Assembly: GCA_043228905.1 (NCBI GenBank)
Contig: JBHGNT010000920.1
Location: forward strand, 1-13,872
From: Azolla caroliniana
Lineage: Eukaryota; Plantae; Polypodiophyta
DNA length: 13,872 bases
Direction: 5' to 3'
Shown here in pieces: positions 8,664-13,872 of this stretch. A program made the translations under genes and the position numbers. Each line of letters starts with the position of its first letter. The stretch's first letter is position 1. Below the pieces are notes generated by a model. The model worked only from the letters and a program-made list of their open reading frames with translations, was not told where the DNA came from and did not search any database.

Positions 8664-9103
8664 AATCACAGCAAGCGAAGAAGAGTTGATGCTCATCACC
8701 GAGGAGAGTGAGATAAACCTTGCCGGCGACGAGATGACCTGGGTGGTCGACTCCGAAGCGTCGTTCCACCTTACCCCTAACCAGAAATGCTTCTCATCCT
8801 ACTCAACCGGTGATCATGGTTGTGTCCGGATGGGGAATGAAGGTACATGCCGAATTGTCGGCATAGGAGACGTGTGGTTGACAACACCAACCGGATGCAA
8901 GTTGCTGCTGAAGGATGTCTGACACGTTCCGGAGGTTCGTCTGAACCTGATATCAGCCGGCCAGGTAGATGATGAAGGCTACACGAGTAGCATCCAGAAC
9001 GGTGTTCTGAAGTTTAGCAAAGGGAGCCTGATTGTGGCTCGGGCCTGGAAGGTAAACACGTTGTACCTAATGAATGCCCGGTTATGTCCAGAGGAAGTGA
9101 ACG
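8659..9103 (+). pseudogene. pol: Ty1/Copia (Tnt1-like) aspartic protease region
   Basis: TWVVDSEASFHLTP..F..Y....G.VRMGN....IVGIGDV...LLLKDV*HVPEVRLNLISAG.VDDEGY..LIVARA.KVNTLYLM. DSG is mutated to DSE, with a stop at 8920-8922; cut by LTR B at 9104. Confidence 0.92.
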
Positions 9104-9508
9104 TGTCAGGAATAGTACGAAAGCAGAGATGGAATTAGTACTAAGAAGAGTAGTACTATTAGTACTAAGAGGAGAGAGAGAGAGAGATAGCGAGGATGAG
9201 AGAGAGAAAGATGATGACAGCAGCTAATATATTATGTGAAAAGATAAGTACAAAGCGGCTGAGAGGCTTAAGACTGGCATTGAACCAATTTGGTTCAACA
9301 TAATGCCTAGTGCCTTCTTTTATAGTGTTGTCAGGAGTAATCCTGAAACTTCTAGAATGTTCCAGAGAAATCTGGAATATACATTACTTTCTTATAATAA
9401 AACATAAATGAAAATAATATCTTATGAATTACAATAGATGGTGTGATGGTTAAGAGCTCGACCCATATATCATAAGGTCAAGGGTTCGAGTCTTGCCATA
9501 TCATGACA
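9104..9508 (-). repeat. 3' LTR of Gypsy B (405 bp)
   Basis: Minus strand TGTCATGA...TCCTGACA, directly after the PPT. TATAAAAG at 9324-9317 and a CT tract; its end coincides with the break in the Copia frame. Confidence 0.9.
9439..9492 (+). promoter_or_regulatory. tRNA-like Pol III A-box/B-box module in LTR B
   Basis: TGGTGTGATGG (9439-9449) and GGTTCGAGTC (9483-9492), T8-to-G53 distance 45 nt, CAT near the anticodon position. Acceptor and D stems do not pair well. Confidence 0.7.
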
Positions 9509-9523
9509 CTATCTCCCCCTTAA
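9509..9523 (-). promoter_or_regulatory. Polypurine tract of Gypsy B
   Basis: TTAAGGGGGAGATAG immediately before the LTR TG. Confidence 0.9.
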
Positions 9524-11598
9524 AGACGACAAGTGGAACGAGTCGGCGTTGATTGCGGACCGGGTTTGTCCGGATACTTTTGGTGGAAATCAGAAAGCAG
9601 ATCCTGAGCATTGGCAACATGCTCGACGGGTTCCCAAGTGCGTTCGCTCGGACTATAACCAACCCAATCGACCAAATAATAAAGTTTATTGCGAATAAGT
9701 TTGGAATCGAGGATGGCAGCAACTTCACACTCCAGGCCGGCGTCCAACTCCAAAGGGGGCGGCGGTGGTGTAACACGATCGGGAATGGTGTTTGCTTTAT
9801 AAGGTTCAAGAAGAGAACAATGGAAAACCGGATGTATTTGAAGCTGCGGAGGGAGATCAAGGTGGAATGTGACATCATTAACCTTACCCGTAATACGGAA
9901 AGGACCGAGTCGTCGATAATCGAACTTGTCGCACGGTCGAGTAGTCTTGATGTGACGACGTAAGAGTCATACTCGATCTCCGATGGCAAAAGAGGAGGGA
10001 AGCCGATGACGATCCGCGTAAGTCTTCTATGTCTGTTGAGCATGACGAAGATGAGTCGAGAGATCTGTCTGGATCTTGCGTAGTCTCTCCAAATGATCCC
10101 CGGCACGAGGATTGGTAGGTAGCTCCGGGGTGTCGATCACTGACCAACGAGGATGAGAACCGGTATAAGCATAGAATGGGGAGACTCGAGTCGAGGAGTG
10201 AACAGCATTATTATACGCAAACTCCGCAAAGTGGAGAATCTCGGCCCAATCGTCATGTTGATAACTCAGGAAACACCGCAGATATTGCTCCAGCGTTTGG
10301 TTTGTTCGTTCTGCTTGCCCATCGGTCTGAGGATGGTAGCCGGAGGAGAGGTTGCAAGAGACCTTGAGCATCTTGAAGAGATGCTGCCAAAATTTGGAGA
10401 CAAATTGCGGTCCTTGGTCACTGATGATACTGTCTAGGAGGCCATGATGCCGAAATACCTCACACATGACTAGGGCGGCGGTTTCCTCGCTAGTGATGGC
10501 CTTAGTACACGGAACAAAATGTGCCATCTTCGTATATCGATCGACAACGGTTAAGATAGCATCGAACCCCTGCGAGACCGGCAGATCTGTGATAAAATCA
10601 AGACAAATAGACTGTCACGGCTTACTTGGAATCGGTAAGGGTTCCAACAAGCCATATGGATGGTGTCGTGGCATCTTTGCTCGGCAGCAAGCATCACAGG
10701 TCCACACGTAGTCGTTGACAAAACGGCGCATGTGGGGCCACCAAAAATATCGCTGCACTAGCTCCAACGTCTTAGTACTACCGAAATGTCCCGCCGTATG
10801 GGTGTCGTGACAATGCTGGACGATTTGAAGGCAACAGGAGCAATCGGGGACATATACGCGCTTTTTGAAGAATAACAAACCATCATGATATTCGAATTGT
10901 CAGTAGTCAATACCTGGTTGTTGAGACTGAGAATAGGATGCCCGAGAAGTATCAATGTGCGCCAGGATGTCTTGAGCAAAACTATCCGTCTTCAAGTTTG
11001 CACGTATGTCATCGGTAATCCGTGAATCCATCGGGGTGTGAAAAATCCGGGTCGTGTGCAATCGTGTTGGTCCCAAGATTACTTGCTTTTGATTATCAAA
11101 TGTTGGATCACCAGGACGAGGTGCAAGATATGAACGTCGTGATAGTGCATCTGCTTTCCCTTGCTGCTTCCCCGGTCGATATGTGATTTTGAAGTCGAAA
11201 CGCGTGAGGAATTGCGCCCACCGAGCTTGCCGTCGATTTAGTACGCGAGCGTTCTAGAAATAAGCAAGATTTTTATGATCACTAAAGACAACGACCTGAT
11301 GTGGAGAGCCCTCTAAGAAATGCCGTCATTGCACAAATGAATCCACGATGGCTAATAACTCCTTGTCATGTATTTCGTAGTTGATTTCCGCAACATCGAA
11401 TTTGCGCGAATGGAAAGCCACCGGATGCAACTCTCTCTTTATCTACCGAGGGCGAAATCTGAAGCATCGGCCTCCATGATGAATGGTTTGCTAGTATCCA
11501 CATGAGCTAGAATCGGTGCTGATGTAAAGGATTTCTTAAGATGCCGAAAAGCCATATTTGCTTCAATGGACCAAAGAAATGCTTGGCCCTTCTTCGTA

Positions 11599-11802
11599 AG
11601 TTGTGTGAGGGGTAAGATAATCTTCGAGTAATCCTATATAAACTTACAGTAGAAGTTAGCAAAACCTAGAAAACATTGTACATCTCATACCGACCGTGGA
11701 AGTTGTGTGAGGGGTAAGATAATCTTCGAGTAATCCTATATAAACTTACGGTAGAAGTTAGCAAAACCTAGAAAACATTGTACATCTCGTACTGACCGTG
11801 GA
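11599..11802. repeat. 102-bp in-frame tandem duplication in the RT/connection region
   Basis: 11599-11700 vs 11701-11802, with three substitutions. Confidence 0.95.
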
Positions 11803-13126
11803 ATTTGCCACTCTAGTACAGTTTGGACTTTAGCTGGATCCATGGCGATGCCCTTTGAGGAGATGACGTAGCCTAGAAATTCCACTTGCTTGCAGTCAAA
11901 GCTACATTTTTCTAGCTTGGGATAAAGATCATTCTCGCGGAGTCGCTTTAGTACTAATAGTACATGAGAATCGTGCTCTTGCTGGGTCTTCGAATAAATC
12001 AATAGATCATCAAGATAGATGATCAACAGATATCCAAGAGGTCTCTGAATATATCATTTGCCATGTGTTGGAAGACTGCGGGTGCATTGGTTAGGCTGAA
12101 CGGCATAACAGTATACTCGAAATGCCCATACCGCATGCGAAAGGCGGTCTTCCATTCATCTCCCGGTCGGATCCGCACGAGGTTATACGCTCCTCGTAGA
12201 TCGATTTTGGTAAAAAACTTGGCACCATTAACTCACTCTAAAAGACTTGATATAAGAGGAAGTGCATACCTATTCCGGATGGTGACCTTATTCAATCCGC
12301 GGTAATCAACGACGAGACGAAGTGAGTCATCTTTCTTCTTGACAAAGAAGATGGGTGCACCGGCCGGAGATTTCGAATGACGGATGAACCCGCTTGCCAA
12401 GTTCTCCTCTATGTAGGCTCGAAGGACTTCTAACTCGGTGGGTGACAAGTTGTAAATTGGTCCCCATGGTGGCTCGGTTCCTGGTTGTAAATCGATGGGA
12501 CAGTCATAGGGACGGTGATGAGGAAGGGTACCGGCTTTTACCTTGTCAAATACATCGGCATAAGGATGATATTTTGCCAGAAGTTGTACTGAGGAGTCCT
12601 TAATAGTGATGGAAGGATGTACTAATATTGCAAATAGGAGCATTGCCTCCTTGTGTCCTTCTTCGCGTAATTGATGGAGTGAAATGGTCGAAACTCGATG
12701 AGTAGATTCTTGGGGTGGTCGATATCGGACTTCTCTTGTTCTCCAATCTATGGTTGGATTATGTAATTCAAACCAAGGTAATCCTAGGACAATGGGATGC
12801 TCTGGACTACTAATTATATTAAATGATATTACACACACAAAACTACCTAGGACAACTTGAATGGGTTCTGATTCTTCTACAATATTCCCGGAAGCAATGG
12901 GACGACCATCAATGACTACTACAGATGCGGGACAAGGAAGTTTTCTTAGGGATATCTGAGAAGCTTGGGCAAAATTTCAATCCATGAAACAGGAATTAGC
13001 TCTAGAATCTAAGAGTGCTAGGACGGGTATTGGGGGAGTACTTTTAGTACTAACAATGACTTGATCTAGGAACACATTGCTAACTTGCTTGGAAGGAATG
13101 GAACCACTAATGGGTTGTAAAGATCT

Positions 13127-13180
13127 AGGGCTGCTGTCCAACCAAACGGCTCCTATTTTGGCTGGACTCAATCGTTTAAA
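13127..13180 (-). promoter_or_regulatory. -1 ribosomal frameshift signal (U UUA AAC plus stem-loop/possible pseudoknot)
   Basis: Heptamer at 13180-13174 in the correct gag phase, 6-nt spacer, 11-bp stem GTCCAGCCAAA/TTTGGTTGGAC. The -1 frame is the protease ORF 12977-13171. Confidence 0.85.
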
Positions 13181-13872
13181 TCTTCATCTAATTGACTAAG
13201 GATTTCAAATTTGTTTGAGATACTTGGGCTATTAGTACTATGAATACTATCTGACACTCTATTAGTACTATTAATACTATCAGACACTCCGAAGGGAAGA
13301 ATTGACTCGGGTTTAGTACAAGCGACGATTTGATTTACCTGTCTTCTTGGCCTATGGGGACAATTGATGGCGATATGCCCTGGTCCACCGCAATAAAGAC
13401 ATAATCGATTGGCACGTCGTCGTTGCTTTTCTTCTTCCGATAACGGGCCGCGTCGACGCATGGTGTCGATCTCCATCGGTGTCGGAATATTGGCTTGAGG
13501 TACATTGCGTGCAAACGGTTTAGCCGTGACTGAGGCGTATGTGGGTTCCGGCCGAGAGCGTGGTAGTTGTAACTCACGCTCCGAACGTCGTTCGAAAAGG
13601 CGGTTGTTGCATCGGACCGCTCGACTGATTGCCTCCGTAAGAGACTTTGGTTCTTCGGGGAAGGTTAAAAGCAGATCTTTGACATCATTGCGCAAGCCGT
13701 AGCGAAACTGCTCCATGAGGGCCTGATCATCCCAGGGAATATTTGAGGCGAGTAGACGGAAATCCGCCGCGTAGGCAAAGTCTGGACGATCGCCTTGACG
13801 CAATCTTCGGATCTTATTGATTGTCCTCCTGATGCTGTCGGTATCTCCAAAGCAGGCTTTAAACTCACCAAT
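13168..13872 (-). pseudogene. gag: gag C-terminal part with CCHC zinc knuckle
   Basis: LRQG...YAADFRLLA..WDDQAL..QFRYGL..VKD, PTPMEID, CLYCGGPGHIAINCP. Frame is disrupted near 13810-13830; truncated by the window end. Confidence 0.93.
13229..13288. repeat. 30-bp tandem duplication in the gag tail
   Basis: Encodes VSDSINSTNR / VSDSIHSTNS; two mismatches. Confidence 0.9.

Larger units (their letters stand above)
9520..13180 (-). pseudogene. pol: pol: protease, RT, RNase H, integrase, chromodomain (multiple stops and frameshifts)
   Basis: PR LALLDSRANSCF (~13000); [27 protein letters not shown] and IYLDDLLIYS (~11740-12500); RH EADASDFALG (~11450-11475); IN HHCC 10615-10878 and core 10027-10614; chromodomain YLVDWVGY..TWEP 9520-9753. 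Confidence 0.96.
9104..13872 (-). mobile_element. Ty3/Gypsy chromovirus (Tcn1-like) element B
   Basis: gag-PR-RT-RH-IN-chromodomain order, PPT and 3' LTR; the 5' end lies beyond the window. Confidence 0.96.

Noticed and set aside
9329-9346. TGTCAGGA at 9329 as the end of LTR B
   Set aside because: The TATA box and CT tract lie beyond it on the minus strand, and the Copia frame breaks at 9104.
9432-9503. Functional tRNA gene
   Set aside because: Acceptor, D and anticodon stems do not pair; only the boxes and spacing are tRNA-like.
1194-9508. LTR A and LTR B as two ends of one element
   Set aside because: Opposite orientation, each has its own PPT and chromodomain, and lengths and sequences differ.
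9501-10106. 201-aa minus-strand ORF, and plus-strand ORFs 9553-9963 and 10153-10437, as independent genes
   Set aside because: Alternative-frame or antisense shadows of frameshifted integrase, with no independent motifs.

Overview
Eukaryotic, fully transposon-derived window with no host gene. It is most likely from a non-seed land plant (inferred from Tcn1-like chromoviruses alongside plant-type Copia and L1). Left to right: (1) 3' end of Ty3/Gypsy chromovirus A (+; integrase-chromodomain, PPT, LTR 1194-1890), inserted into (2) a decayed Ty1/Copia (-; gag, tRNA-iMet PBS, LTR 2849-3286); (3) an L1 LINE zf-RVT remnant; (4) a second Copia LTR (+; from ~3863) cut by (5) a Sola-type DDD DNA transposon (~4438-8663). 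This transposon has a reconstructable ~920-aa transposase, a divergent second promoter/first exon and an array of regularly spaced 25-bp palindromes. Then come (6) a Copia protease fragment and (7) a near-complete chromovirus B (-; LTR 9104-9508, gag-pol with a UUUAAC-type -1 frameshift signal, UUUAAAC, plus stem-loop). The most striking observations are an antisense tRNA-like A-box/B-box module with identical spacing at the start of both chromovirus LTRs, the CRISPR-like palindrome array, and the extra domains on the Sola transposase. All coding regions are pseudogenised.
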